64,000 nt of DNA, from contig NW_024704742.1 in the NCBI RefSeq assembly GCF_018977255.1, positions 30,568,001 to 30,632,000 on the forward strand. The letters run 5' to 3'. Below, piece after piece: positions 26,740 through 39,522 of the stretch. Numbering within the stretch: the first letter of the stretch is position 1; each line of letters starts with the position of its first letter. The notes under the pieces were generated by a model. The model saw only the letters and a program-made list of their open reading frames with translations. It had not been told where the DNA came from and searched no databases. The position numbers were made by a program, and so were the translations under genes. The stretch is from Callorhinchus milii (lineage: Eukaryota).

Positions 26740-28285
26740 TGGAGGAGTCCTGTAGCTCAGTGGTTAGAGCACTCGCCTCACAAGTGAGAGACCTGGGTTC
26801 AATTCCCGGCAGGGCGAAACGTTTCTTTACACCACACGCTTCTGTTTACCTAGCAGTAAGTAGGAACCCAGTTAATAATAACCCTTGCATCCTCGCCTAC
26901 AAGGCCATTCACGGCCTTGCTCCCTCCTACCTCTCCGACCTACTATCCCCCTACGTACCTGCCCGTACCCTCCGTTCCTCTGGCTCCGGTCTGCTCCACA
27001 TCCCCCGCCCCAACCGCCCTACTATCGGTGGCCGGGCCTTCAGCCTCTCAGCCCCTAGGCTCTGGAACTCTATCCCCCAGTGCCTTCGCCGCCTCCTCCC
27101 TTTCCTCCTACAAGGCCGGTCTCAAGACCTTTCTCTTTGACCGAGCCTTCAGCTCCCCTCTCGACTCTCTACCCCCTCCTCGCTCCCTCCCTTCCCTCCC
27201 CTCACCCTGACCATTTCCCCCTCCTTGCTCCCTCCCTTCCCTCACCCTGACCATTTCCCCCCTGCTCGGGTCCTGACCCAATTGTACAGCGCCTTGGGAC
27301 GTCCTCCCGACGTGAAAGGCGCTCAATAAATGGAATCTTGTTGTTGTGTTGCATTTGATATAGCGCTTTTCACATCGGGAGGACGTCCAAAAGCGCTTCA
27401 CAGAACACACTGTAAAGTGAATTGACTGTATTCACTCCCACATCACATCACTCCCACCTTCGCTCGCCTCCACTGGCTCCCCATCCCCCAGAGGATTGAT
27501 TTCAAGATCCTCATCCTCACCTACAAGGCCATTCACGGCCTTGCTCCCTCCTACCTCTCCAACCTACTATCCCCCTACCTACCTGCCCGTACCCTCCGTT
27601 CCTCTGGCTCCGGTCTGCTCCACGTCCCCCGCCCCAACCGCCCTACCATCGGTGGTCGGGCCTTCAGCCTCTCAGCCCCAGGCTCTGGAACTCCATCCCC
27701 CAGTGCCTTCGCCTTGCTTCCTCCCTTTCCTCCTTCAAGGCCGGTCTCAAAACCTTTCTCTTTGACCGAGCCTTCAGCTCCCCTCTCGACTCTCTCCCCA
27801 CTCCTCGCTCCCTCCCGTCCCTCCCCTCACCCTGACCATTTCCCCCTCCTCGCTCCCTCCCTTCCCTCACCCTGACCATTTCCCCCCTGCTCGGGTCATG
27901 ACCCAACTGTACAGCGCCTTGGGACGTCCTCCTGACGTGAAAGGCGCTTTATAAATGGAATCTTGTTGTTGTTGTTGCATTTGATATAGCGCTTTTCACG
28001 TCGGGAGGACGTCCCAAAGCGCTTCACAGAACACACTGTAAAGTGAATTGATTGTATATTTGTGGGCGAACGCGGCAGCCAATTGCGCACAGCAATGTCC
28101 CACAAACAGTCGTAGATTGAAAATGACCAATTTTTTTTATTATTGTTTTTGGTTTTTGAAGGGATTATTATTAGGCTCTGTGTGGAGTAAGGAAACTTGC
28201 CCAAGGTTTCGCCCTCTGCCTGGAATTGAACTCAGGTCTCTCACTTGCAAAGCGAGTGCTCTAACCACTGAGCTACAGGACTCCA
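26740..28285. mobile_element. Composite: + SINE head (26740-26875), duplicated [L2 3' end + reversed SINE tail] units, full - SINE (27976-28285)
   Basis: L2 ORF2 C-terminus (LAYKAIHGLAPSYLSDLLSPYVPARTLRSS...GGRAFS..APRLWNS) appears twice, at 26888-27345 and 27437-27975. Confidence 0.9.
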
Positions 28286-29974
28286 GTTATTAGTTGATTG
28301 GCTGATCACTTTTCTGAGGGTAATAATTTCTTTAAAAAATTATAATAATATATTGGTCACTCAATTCATGACTGTTTGTGTGCAATTGGCTGGGAGCCAA
28401 TAGAGAGTACCCACTTCCCCCCCCACCACCTCTTTAATTCTCATCTTTTAGCTCTATACAAAAACACTCCTCATTGTGCCCAAAAACTCTGGAATTCCCC
28501 ACTGTTTTAGGAATGAGAAGAAAAACAATATCCTTGCATTTGACATAGTGCCTTACTCATCAGTAGGAAATCTCAAAGCGCTTCACAGGATTCACTGCAA
28601 AGCACAAAAACAACTTGGATTTATATAGCATCCTTCACGAAGGATACTGTCTTGAAATGCTGCACAATGGTGGTGCTGCACACTGAATGAGGGAAAAGGG
28701 AGAGGACCATAGTCAAAGAGGTAAATCTTAATAGAGGGATTTAAAGATAAAGAATGGACGAGATGGAGGGATAGAGGCAGGCAGTTCCAAAGGTTCATAA
28801 ACTGGTGACTGAAGGCATGGCCATTGGTGGTGGCACAGAGGGTGATGCGCAGCAGGCCAGTGTCTCTTAAGCAAATATTATTGTTTATTTCATTTTGTAG
28901 GCAAAAGCGCCAGCCAATATGGGTACAAAAGTGTTCTGTGAAATAATGGGCAGGTCTGATGCACCCTGCACAACATAGCCACGGATGGGGAATCCACATA
29001 GACATTGCCTTGATTGTTGCTCCTGTTATTTATGTAAGCGAGGGAACCCCAAAACAGCCCGCTGTTCTGGAGGAGGAACCTAGCTGATACCAAGAATGCT
29101 AGCGATCAATACAATACAAAATTACATTTGTATAGTGCCTTTCACGTTGGGAAGATCAACTCCACGACTTTCAATTCTGTGTTTCTGATGTCTGTATCCT
29201 GGTAGTACTGGAGCTTATTCCAATTCCAGAACACAATGTGATATCAACTTAATACTCTCACTTCAATTCCCCATTGGCTGACAAACAACCAGAGAGAATA
29301 AGTAAAAACTAACCCCTCAACCACATTACAACAGCACCAAGAAAAAAAAGCTAAATAAAAACAACCTCCAGAGCAACTGATAGTCATTTCCATGTTGCCT
29401 CTTCCACTACACTTGCCCCAGAGCACTAAAACTACAACCACAGTGAAGCAAAGGTTTCTTATCCGCCCACAAGCTACATCCATATGTCTGTGCTGTACTG
29501 TGCCTCATTTTGTTTCTTGGGTGTATCATTGATCTTGTTCATCTGCTTATTCTGTTTAAGTGTTTCAACCTGTCTTTTCCCATTTGATGCTTTAAATTTA
29601 GTGAAACTTGGGTTTGCATCAGACTACTCTAAGAAATGTTGTGTCTTCCCCATTGGTAGCCAGCCAGGCTGATTCAAATGTTTGAATCCAGTTTCAAAGG
29701 TAAAGATCCATTTTGATCCTGAGTTGCAATATTGCCATGCATAAGATGGCTGCTGCGTTTGCCTACAAATGCACAGTACTTCCTGTGAAAAATGAAGCAA
29801 AATCTTGTGAAGCTGTTTGAGATGTCTCGATGACAAGATAAGGCCCTATATGAAATGGAATGATTATTATAAGGAGCATTATTATTCCTCGGTGTTTTAC
29901 CCTTATTTCAACTATTGTCTTAGCATCTAACACAATCCAGGAGGCAATCCAATACCCCTCATAAAGCTGTCTTT

Positions 29975-30420
29975 AGCTGTAGAACGTCAACAAGAATGAT
30001 GCCCTCCTGGTTGGCTCCCGTCAGCACCTCCACACCTCAGACGCTAACAGCATCACCATCCATGGTTGCACACTCCACCTTACTGAGCCAGTCCGCAACC
30101 TTGGCGTCTTGTTTGACCCTCAACTATCCTTTCTACCCCACATCCGTGTCATGACCAGCTCTGCCTTGCTCCACCTCCGCAACATTGCCCGGCTCCACCA
30201 GGCCACCGAAACCCTTATACATAACATCCAGGCTCGACTATGCAAACTTGACTTGATTGTCGGCCTCCCGAACTCCTCCCTCCATACCCTCCATAGACTG
30301 CAGATCATCCAGAACTCTGCAGCCCATGTCCTTTCCTGCACCAGGCTCCGTGACCCTATCACCCCCATCCTCGCCTGACTCCACTGGCTTCCCATCACAC
30401 AGAGGATACAGTTCAGATCA
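29975..30420 (+). mobile_element. L2 ORF2 fragment
   Basis: VRNLGVLFDPQLSFLPHI...LHLRNIARL...LQIIQNSAAHVL...ITPILA.LHWLP. Confidence 0.85.
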
Positions 30421-31669
30421 CTTCTGGGGATAATAATCCCTTAAAAAAAATCACTCACTCCACGACTGTTTGTAGGACACTGTATTCTTCAATAAAGTGA
30501 TAAGGCATTATATCAGATTCAAGGATTATTATTAGAACAAAATGCAATTTTTAAAAAAGTTTTATCCACTATTACTAGATGACAAAGAGGAGTTTAGCTT
30601 ATGGGGGAATTTCTATCCAGACTTCATTTCCCTTTTAAAAGCACTGAATTATTAAGGGAAGGAAATTTCTCAGAGACAGCATAAAAAAACCACAGCAATA
30701 TTATGTTTTTAGAGCATGTAAAAAGCCCTCACATTGCCCTCACTGCACCAGGCCACATGAATGGTTATGCATGTGTGAGGAATCCTCCAAAGCTACTTCA
30801 CACTGTTGGATGCGATGGGTCAATGTAAGTCTGCTCTGTCTGGAATTCTGGAATTTCCATGTGTAGGTGGGATGCCTGGCATTCGCAATTTGGTTTGGAT
30901 ACTCTTAAGCCTGGTGATGAGAATTAGCATGTGTCAGATGACCGATGAAAAAATAAGCAGCATAAACAGCCTGTTAATTTCACACAGCTCAGGTCATTTC
31001 CTTCATGCTTCTAATCTGGAATAGACCCTTGTGTCTCGGCATGACAAAGTATTTCCTGAACTGATTTAGCCACATGAGAACAACTATGTGCACACTTCCC
31101 TCTCTGAAACACCGAGCACAGCTGCATTGCCAACCAGAGTGGCAGGACAGCAATCCATAATGTATTATAAAAAGCAACAGATAAGTACAATTGCTGAAAC
31201 CCTGAACCCTTTAGCACCTACAAGTGGGTCATCAAATTATCATTACATTTGTTGAAGTACTGGAAAGTTTCAGTAAGCCACAGATCTATCCAACCCAAAC
31301 AGCACTTACATATCAATCTGTAACTAGCAGATGTTACAATGACAAGCACTTAATTCAGGTTAGGAATGCTACACATTCAGACATTGGAGAGTTAGCACAA
31401 TATACCAATTAAACAGTGAAACAGTATCTCCCCATGCAGAGAGGGGAGAATTGCGGTAAGTGGATGGTGGGGTGGGGGACAGTGGGGAGAAGATAGCACA
31501 TGTGTTGTCTTGAATTCAGAATGCAGTGCATATGTGCACGTGAAATCAGGCCTCTCGTCCTTGTCTCTTTTCTAAACAAAGTCAAGCATTTTATTGCGGT
31601 GTATTTTACAAAGAAGTGAAAGAGCACCTCTGCAGGAATAAATCATTTTTCAGTTATATTTTGCTTTAA

Positions 31670-32150
31670 ATCACTCCGCTGCCCACATTTGTGCTCCCTC
31701 ATACAAACCACTTTAGCCCTGAGCACCCCCATCACACCAGAACTTGCCAGGCTCACAAAATATGTGGCTTACTATCACAAAATGGAAAGATTTCAAAATC
31801 CTCACACTCGTTTTCAAATCCCTTCATGTCCTGGCACCTCCCTACCTCTACGATCTGCTTACTCCCCAATCCACTACCCATCACTTCCGCCTCCTGTTTG
31901 TCCCTCATGCCTTCCATTCCACCATCACCAGCTGCACTTTCAGCCACTCTTCCTCAAAACTCTGGAACACTCTCCCTCCGCCTTGTGTCCTCCTTCCCCA
32001 TCTTCGGGTCGTGCCTGAAGAACGTCTTCTTCAATCGTGCTTACGGTCACCTCCCCCCACTCCCTGGGCCTTTGTCAGGCTCCTCCACTGTCAAGCTCTC
32101 TGAGATGTTACGCTGCATGAGAGGCCCTATGCAAATGCAGGTTATTGTTA
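31670..32150 (+). mobile_element. Degraded L2 3' fragment
   Basis: FKILTLVFKSLHVLAPPYLYDLL...KLWNTLP followed by an L2-type tail. Confidence 0.8.
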
Positions 32151-32354
32151 TATTCAATTATATTGAAGACTATGGGGGTCTCATTTCTGAGAGGTACATA
32201 TCAATCTGTAGCTAGGGGATCCTGCAAGTACAAGTGAGTGTTGGAAACCAATCTTTTGGAACTCCCAATATTAACTTCAAATCCAACTTCTGTGAACCCA
32301 GATCACGCCAAAGAGTCCGATGTTGATTGGCTGGAGATCAGCGTTAATGATGTC

Positions 32355-32640
32355 AGTCTGACTCTGTCGGTAGCAGTCTTGCTGCTGAATCAGAAGTTTG
32401 TGGGTTCAAATCCCACCTCAGAAACTTTGAGCTTAAAGTTTAAGATGACAACACTCCATTCAACGCTGTGGGAGCAACGCTTTGTTGGAGGTGCCGTCCT
32501 TGAGGTGAGACAGTAAACCAAGGTCCCATCCCCTCTGTTCAGGTAGACATTAAAGATCTTATGGCACTATTCGAAAAGAGAAGGGAGATTGTCCTGGCCA
32601 ACAAACCTCCCAAAATAATTGGTCACTCACTCCATGACTA
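32355..32640 (+). mobile_element. Deu-domain SINE
   Basis: ggaggtgccgtccttgaggtgagacagtaaaccaaggtcccatccctctgttcaggtagacattaaagatc. Confidence 0.8.
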
Positions 32641-33039
32641 AACCAAGTGTGAGATGTGAGGAGTGAGGGTTGTAGGTTTTGGTCGACGAAAGCCAGGCGA
32701 GGTGGGCCGCGGGTGGGCACTGGCGGGGCCAGAAATTTCAAATCTCCCACCTGTATCATGGGTGCGAGGAACCGCTAAGACCACAGGTGGATGCACTAGC
32801 GGTGGTGAGTAACAGGCGAGGCGAAGGTTCAGCTGCTTCAGGCGCTGAGACGCCATTTTAAAATCCCCCGCCTGATAAACGGTCCCTTCCTGGCACCTTT
32901 TTTTAAATCCACCAGAGTAGGGCAAGTATAGTGTATACTATCCTTTTGCTACCTTGTCATCCCTTCCCTCCTGGTCTTTGGCACCTAAGCCATGTCGTCA
33001 TCCCCCCTTCCACCCCTTCCCCACCAGCTGTCTCCCATA

Positions 33040-35403
33040 GCCCATTGGTGTTCTTGGGCTTATAGGAACCTGGCTCTCGCCAAGTTACCCCATCCCCCTC
33101 ATTGAAGCCTCCCCTCCTGGCTACACCTTTCACCACACCCGCCTCCCCAGCCCCCGCCTCCGCCCCAACCAACGTGGTGGCAGGGTGGCCCTCATCTCCC
33201 AAGCTTCCCTTGGTCTACTCCCGTATTTCTCTGGCTGTTTCTCCTCCTTTGAGCACCTCATCCCCTACCATCCTAGTTTACCCCCCACCGCAACCTCCTG
33301 GCTCCTTCCTCACCGATATCTCCTCTCATCCCCGTCCTTACGGGTTTTTCATGCACATAGCTTGACAGTTGAGCATAGCCTGTCTCTGTTGATTCCATTT
33401 TTATGTTCTTTGTGGGAATAGTTTAGTTTTTTCCAGTTTGTATATTGTAATGGGGATGATTGTTCTGAAGTTCGTTGGGTTGATATTTTTTTGAATGCCT
33501 TGGCAAGCCGAGAGGTGACAAAGGCAGGGACAAGGGTTTCGGCAATGTGGCGGAGGTGGAAGAAAGCGGTGCCGCCACTCTGCCCTTCTAGCTCCCTCTA
33601 TCCTCAAGTCAAACACCAAGTGCGACTTCTTTGCCTCAAAAATTGAAAACATCCGCTTGGCTGCATCGTCCTCCCCATCCATGTCCCCTTCCACCCAACC
33701 CAGAACATCCGCACCACCTTCTCCCTCCTCCACGGCTCCTGCCACTCCCCGCTCTTTACACTCCTTTACCCCCATTTCTCCCTCCTCCCTCTCAACCACA
33801 ATCACCCGCATGAAGTTCACCACCTGCTTCCTTGACTCCGCCCCACCCAGCTGCTGGTCACTCAACTCCCCCTTCTCTCCCTATTGCTGGCTGACACAGT
33901 CAACCAGCCTCTCTCTTCAGGCTCTGTCACTCCCCCTGAAAACCGCTGTCATCACACCCCTCCTAAAAAAAAACGACCTCCAATCCCTCTAATCTCTCAC
34001 ACTACCATCCCATCTCCAAACTGGGCTTCCTTGTCCTGGAATGCCTTGTTGCAGGACAACTTCGGTCACACCTCTCCCTCCACTCCTTTCTCGAGCCCCT
34101 GCAGTCTGGTTTTCGCCTTGCCCACAGCACAGAGACAGCGCTTGTCAAAGCCACAAACTACATTCTCTCTATCTGTGACCAGGGCTCCTCGTCCTCCTGG
34201 ATCTCTCTGCCGCATTCAACACAGTCGACCACCCCATCCTCCTACATCAGCTTTCCTCCCTCATCTACTTTAGTGGGACCGCACTCACATGGTTCAAGTT
34301 GTACTTAACCAACTGTCTCCATTTCATCTCTGCAAATGGTTTCTCCTCCCACCCCTGCCCAGTCACCTGCGGGGTACCCCAGGGCTCCATCCTTGGCCCT
34401 CTTCTTTTCCTTATCTATATGCTCCCTCTTGGCGATGTCATCCATACACAAGGGGTAAACTTTCACGTGTATGGCGCACAAATCTACTTTGCCTCCTCCA
34501 GTAGCAATTCCAGGTCCACTGATGTTCTATCGGCTTATCTGCCAGATATCAAGGCCTAGATGAGTGGAAACTTCCTGCAGCTGAATATGGACAAGACGGA
34601 AGCCATACTTCTTGGCTCCCAGCAGTGTCTTCACTCCTGCAGATCTAAACTCCTCAACCTCCTTGGGCTATCCCTCAGATTCACCGAACCAATACGCAAT
34701 CTAGGCATCCGGCTCGACCCCCAACTGTCCTTCCTCCCTCACGTCCGCTACATGACCAGGACTGCTTTCTTCCACCTCCGCCACTTTGCCCACCTCCGAC
34801 CATACCTTACCCCAAATGCAGCCGAAACCCTTGTTCATGTGTTTATCACCTCCCTCCTGCTTGGATTACTCCAACCTACTCCTCGCCGGTCTCCCCAGCT
34901 CCACCATTCGCAACATCTAGTTCATTCAAAATTCTGTTGCCTGCATGCTGACCCGGACCAAACTCCGTACCCACATCTCACCAGTTCTGGCCAGGCTCCA
35001 CTGGCTCCCCATCACCGAATGGATCAACTTCAAGATCCTCACACTCGTGTTCAAATCCATTCACTCCCTAGCACCTACCTACCCTCTCTGACCTCTTCAC
35101 TCCCCAATCCACCACCCGGCGCCTCCGCTCGACTGGCACCGGCCTCCTGTTCATTCCTCGCACCCTCCGCCCCACCATTGGCGGTCGCGCTTTCAGCCAC
35201 TACGACACAAAATCTGCAGCATTCTCCCTCAATCCTTCCACCTTGACCCCTCTTTCCCCTCTTACAAGTCCCGCCTGAAAACTTTCCTGTTCGACCATGC
35301 TTACGGTCACCTCCCACCTGGCTTGGAGTCAGGCCCTGCCACTGTTAAGCGCTCTGAGACACTACCTTGTGTGGAGGGTGCTATATAAGTGCAAGTTGTT
35401 GTT
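33040..35403 (+). pseudogene. Long internally deleted L2 LINE: APE endonuclease and reverse transcriptase pseudo-ORF2 with 3' tail
   Basis: Endonuclease motifs (LIEASPPGYTF, GGRVALI, FSSFEHL) and RT motifs ([49 protein letters not shown]). Many frameshifts; ends gtgctatataagtgcaagttgttgtt. Confidence 0.9.
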
Positions 35404-35619
35404 TGAGGAAACATTGCTGTGTGTAAGGATTGTCCTCCTTGATGGGGAAGTATTATTATTTTTTAGTATTAAGCGGTGTCTCCTTGGAGCAGAACTGGCT
35501 TCAAAGTGACTTGCTTGCCAATGGAATGTTGGAATTGAGTTAGTTGTGAAGTGAGGCCAAACAGTGTTGGTCCAAGTGACAAGTTACATTTTGTAACTTG
35601 TAATTTTCTGCGACTGGGG

Positions 35620-36793
35620 CTCCCTCTCTCCTCATCCTCCTTGACCTCTCTGCTGCCTTCGATATCATTGACCACTCTATCCTCCTCACCTCTCCTCTTA
35701 CCTCAAACTTCATGGTTCTGTCCCTGAATGGTTCAGATCCTATCTCTCACACCGTCTCCACTTCATCTCCACAAATGGCTTCTCCTCTAGCCCCCGTACC
35801 GTCTTGTGCAGCATTCCTCAGGGTCCTTGGTCCCTCCTCTTCAATATCTATATGCTTTCTCTTGGTGACACCATCCGCAGGCATGGGGTCAACTTCCACA
35901 TGTATGTGGATGACATCCAACTCTATCTCTCTGCCTCCACCCTCAACTCCAGGACCACTGCTGTGCTGACAAATGTCCTTCATATATCAACTCCTGGATG
36001 AGAGCTAACTTTCTACAGCTGAATGTCAACAAGACCGAGGCCCCCTTGATTGGCTACTGTCAGCGCCTCCACACCTCAGGCGCTGACAGCATCACCATCC
36101 AAGGATTCACACTCCACCTCACCGAGCCAATCTAGAACCTTGGCACCTTGATCGACCCTCCACTATCCTTTCTACACAAAAACCATGCCATGAACCACTC
36201 TGCCTTCAGCCTCCCCAACTCCTCCCTCCACAGGCTGCAGATCATCCAGAACTCTGCATCCCGTGTCCTCTCTCAGACCAGGGTCCGTGACCTTATCACC
36301 CCCATCCTCAACCAACTCCACTGGCTTCCCATCACACAGAGGATACAGTTCAAGATCCTGGTCCTCACTTTCAAATCCCTCTATAGCTTTGTTCACCCCT
36401 ACCTTACCCGCTCTCTCCACTCCGCTCAGTGGGCTCCGGCCTGCACCATGTCCCCCACCTCGCCCGCCCTTCTATTGGTGGGCGGGACTTCAGCCACTCT
36501 GCCCCCAACCACTTAGCGCTTTGGGACGCTTTGGGACGTCCTCCCGACGTGAAAAGCGCTATATCAAATGCAAGGATTATTATTAGACTGCATCCCACAG
36601 TCCCTCTGCCTCGATCCCTCCCTTCTCTCCCTCAAGACCCTCCTTTTTGACTGTGCCTTCAGTCACCCTCCTTTCCCCACTGCCCCTCCATCCTCCCCGA
36701 TCCCGACTCGGGTTGGAAACACCGATTGTCCAGCGCCTTGGGATGTCCTCTCGACGTGAAATGCATTATACAAGTGTAATTTTATTGTTGTTG
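35620..36793 (+). pseudogene. 5'-truncated L2 RT pseudo-ORF with a SINE tail inserted at ~36512-36585
   Basis: [34 protein letters not shown] (YADD motif variant), LHWLPITQRIQFKIL; (ttg)n tail. Confidence 0.9.
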
Positions 36794-38129
36794 TCAAAAC
36801 TAAGTTAAACAGTTTTAGTTGGTTAAATTCCAACATTTTCTGTTGAGCTTTCCATGTTGCTTTTCACTCAGCGCCAAGCAGAATGCCGCAATGTAGGTGG
36901 TAAAGGGTTGTTTAATGGGTTTATCACAACAGCAAATGATCACTGATTTTCACACCTACAACAGCAGTTTCTGCTCATTATTCAGGGGGAGATCCAATTA
37001 ACTTAAATCATTCAGCCATATTTCAACATTTTAAAAATTTACGACAACAGTGACACAAATCCCACTGCAGCTCCAGTTCATTTCCAGCCAAAGCGCAGAT
37101 ATAAAGCGTTTGGAGCTGCAGCTTGATAATGAACACTGACAGCAATCACTCCCTTGTGATTGTGCAAACATTGCAGTTATCAGGCCATCTCCTGAAATAC
37201 ATTGGGTTGAAAATTGTGGACTGTGATGTTATATTTATCACTGGAGATAATTAGCACAGCACCTGGAAAGTGCTGTCCAACCGATCGAATTGCTCCCAAG
37301 TGTACACCCACCCCATCCCCCCTCATTTAAGGTCCGTGAAATGGCACTCAGATACATTTGGTAACATATCACAGAACAATTTTCATCCTATTGTGCTTTA
37401 TTGTGTACGTGCATGCTTTCAGGACTGACTAAAAGTATAACATTTCATAAAACCTCCCTGAACTAAAAATCTGACCAGTAAATCAATCATTGTCTAATTA
37501 CCACCCAAACCACTGCTCAGCTTATAACTTCTCATTCAAACTGGCCGTCGATCTAGAAATTTTTTCGATACAAACTGATCTGCAGAGTATTACAACTGTA
37601 CAGGAAATACATTATAAATACTCTTTCTCTTCATTTATTCAGGATCCTATCTCCACATGATGCAGCGCACATGTTCTGTTCTGAAGTCACGCACTGATTG
37701 ATTATTAAGACTCCACTTGTCTAAAACACTGTCATTCCATTTCTGACCTTTCATGTCAATTTTCTCTTGCTTTTCTGAGAAAATCTTACAGGAAACATTC
37801 TTAGAAATGCTTGAAGTTGTTATAAGCTAGTCCACTCCACTGCACTTTGTACTGCTGGGTACATTTTGCAGCAATGTATACACAGAACCATAATAATAAT
37901 CCTTGCATTTGATATAGCACCTACTAGGTCGTTGAAATATCTCAAAATGTTTCACAGGACATACTGTAGAGTTTAGTGACTGTGTACTTGTAAGCAAATA
38001 GAGCAGTCAATGTTCCAAAAACAACCATGAAGTGAATGGTCAATGTTATCTGGGGGATTGTTGGAAAAGATACTGGGAGAAACTTCCTTCTCTTTTTGAA
38101 TAGTGCCACAAAATCTTTGGTATCCACTG

Positions 38130-38400
38130 CGATATCCTTCTTATAATATGGAGACCAGAGTTCGACACAATACTCCGTATGTGGTCAAACCAACGTTTTG
38201 TATAAACTCAACATCACCTCCTCGCTTTTACATTCTATCCCCCTGGATATAAAGCCCAAGACCCCATTGGCCTTTTCATAGCCTAGTCTACCTGTATAGC
38301 TACTTTTAGTGCTTTGTGGATCTGAATCCCCAGATCTCTATGTTCCTCTACTCCTCTCAGGTTCCTATCATCTACTCTAGGCGGCTTCTTCATTTTTCCT
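38130..38400 (-). mobile_element. CR1 ORF2 fragment
   Basis: Minus strand reads KANGVLGFISRGIECKSEEVMLSLYKTLV*PHTEYCVELWSPYYKKDI. Confidence 0.85.
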
Positions 38401-39319
38401 TATATATGTGACTGGTATACTGGCTGTAGATTATCTCAGAACGAAGCTCAATGTGACAGACGCCAGTTACCAGCAGATCTCATTTATACAACTCTGATTC
38501 CTTCTCAAACAATTCTCTTAGAAAGCATGTACTTTAACCGCTATCATTGCGTAAAGGTCAATGCTTCAGTCTGACAAGTACAAAATGTGCTTTACTACAT
38601 AATTAAGCAGGCTGTTCTGCAAGCAGTCAGTCTGGCCTCGATGTGTACATGATTTGTCATTGCGAAATTCCACCTGACAACACAGGGCTTCAATGAAAGT
38701 GAGTGTTGTCCTTACTGTGCCATTACTAAAGTTAAGTAGAGTAACACATTTCCTTCTCTCTGTGCCTACTGAGATTTCCGCAGAACTATTTGATTATGAT
38801 TGGCATGATTTTCAGCAACAACAACAATCACCATTATCTCCTAAGGCTACAAATTGTCTTCAATGCTCCCCCACATTGACTTTGCTTGTTTTTTTTAATT
38901 CAATTTATTTTATTCAATCATACATAACACAAAGTGCAGCGGTGCAGCTATCACAGCCCTGCTTCAGAAGACAACACCATTCTGCAGCTTGCACATTTAA
39001 ATGTATTTAATATACTCCATGCGCAGTTGCGTATAAAATACACAGTCGCTACACTTTATCCGTCTTTGCCCATCTTCCGATCAAACCTAAAAGCTTTCCT
39101 TTTCCACCAAGCCTATGATCACCTCCCATTTCTCTCTGGCTCGGCGTTAAACTGTAACATTGTTAAGCACTCCAAGACACTAACCCAAGTGAAGATATAA
39201 ATTCAAATTGTTGTGGTTTACAGTAAACCCTGCGAAGCACTTTTGAGAAATTCTCCTGATATGAAAGGTGTTATAATAAACACAAGGTTTCTTATTATGT
39301 CGTTGTGGATTGATTGACC

Positions 39320-39522
39320 AAATTGTTTTTGAGGGGAGGGAGATTATTATCCACGAATATCGATCTGCCAATATACTAACAAATGGGTTCCTCCTTATTC
39401 CAAGGTAAACAGAGGAGTGTGGAGTAAGGAAACCTTGCCTAACATTTCACCCGCCCACGAATTGAACCCGGGTCATCCCACTTGTGAGGCGAGCACGCTA
39501 ACCAATACACTACAGGACTTCA
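39320..39522 (-). mobile_element. Family-A SINE, 5' half
   Basis: ggtaaacagaggagtgtggagtaaggaaaccttgcc...aattgaacccggg...ctacaggact. Confidence 0.75.

Noticed and set aside
34560..35246. Longest ORF in the track (228 aa)
   Set aside because: Frameshifted piece of L2 ORF2, not a host gene or an intact element.
37630..37720. Minus-strand TSGVLIINQCV resembling the PH GVIVLEQC motif
   Set aside because: No donor site before a stop; the 40610-40694 exon fills this role far better.
38710..38770. Minus-strand REGNVLLYL resembling the PH GNLLFY motif
   Set aside because: Wrong order relative to the 40610 exon, no polypyrimidine tract and incompatible phase.
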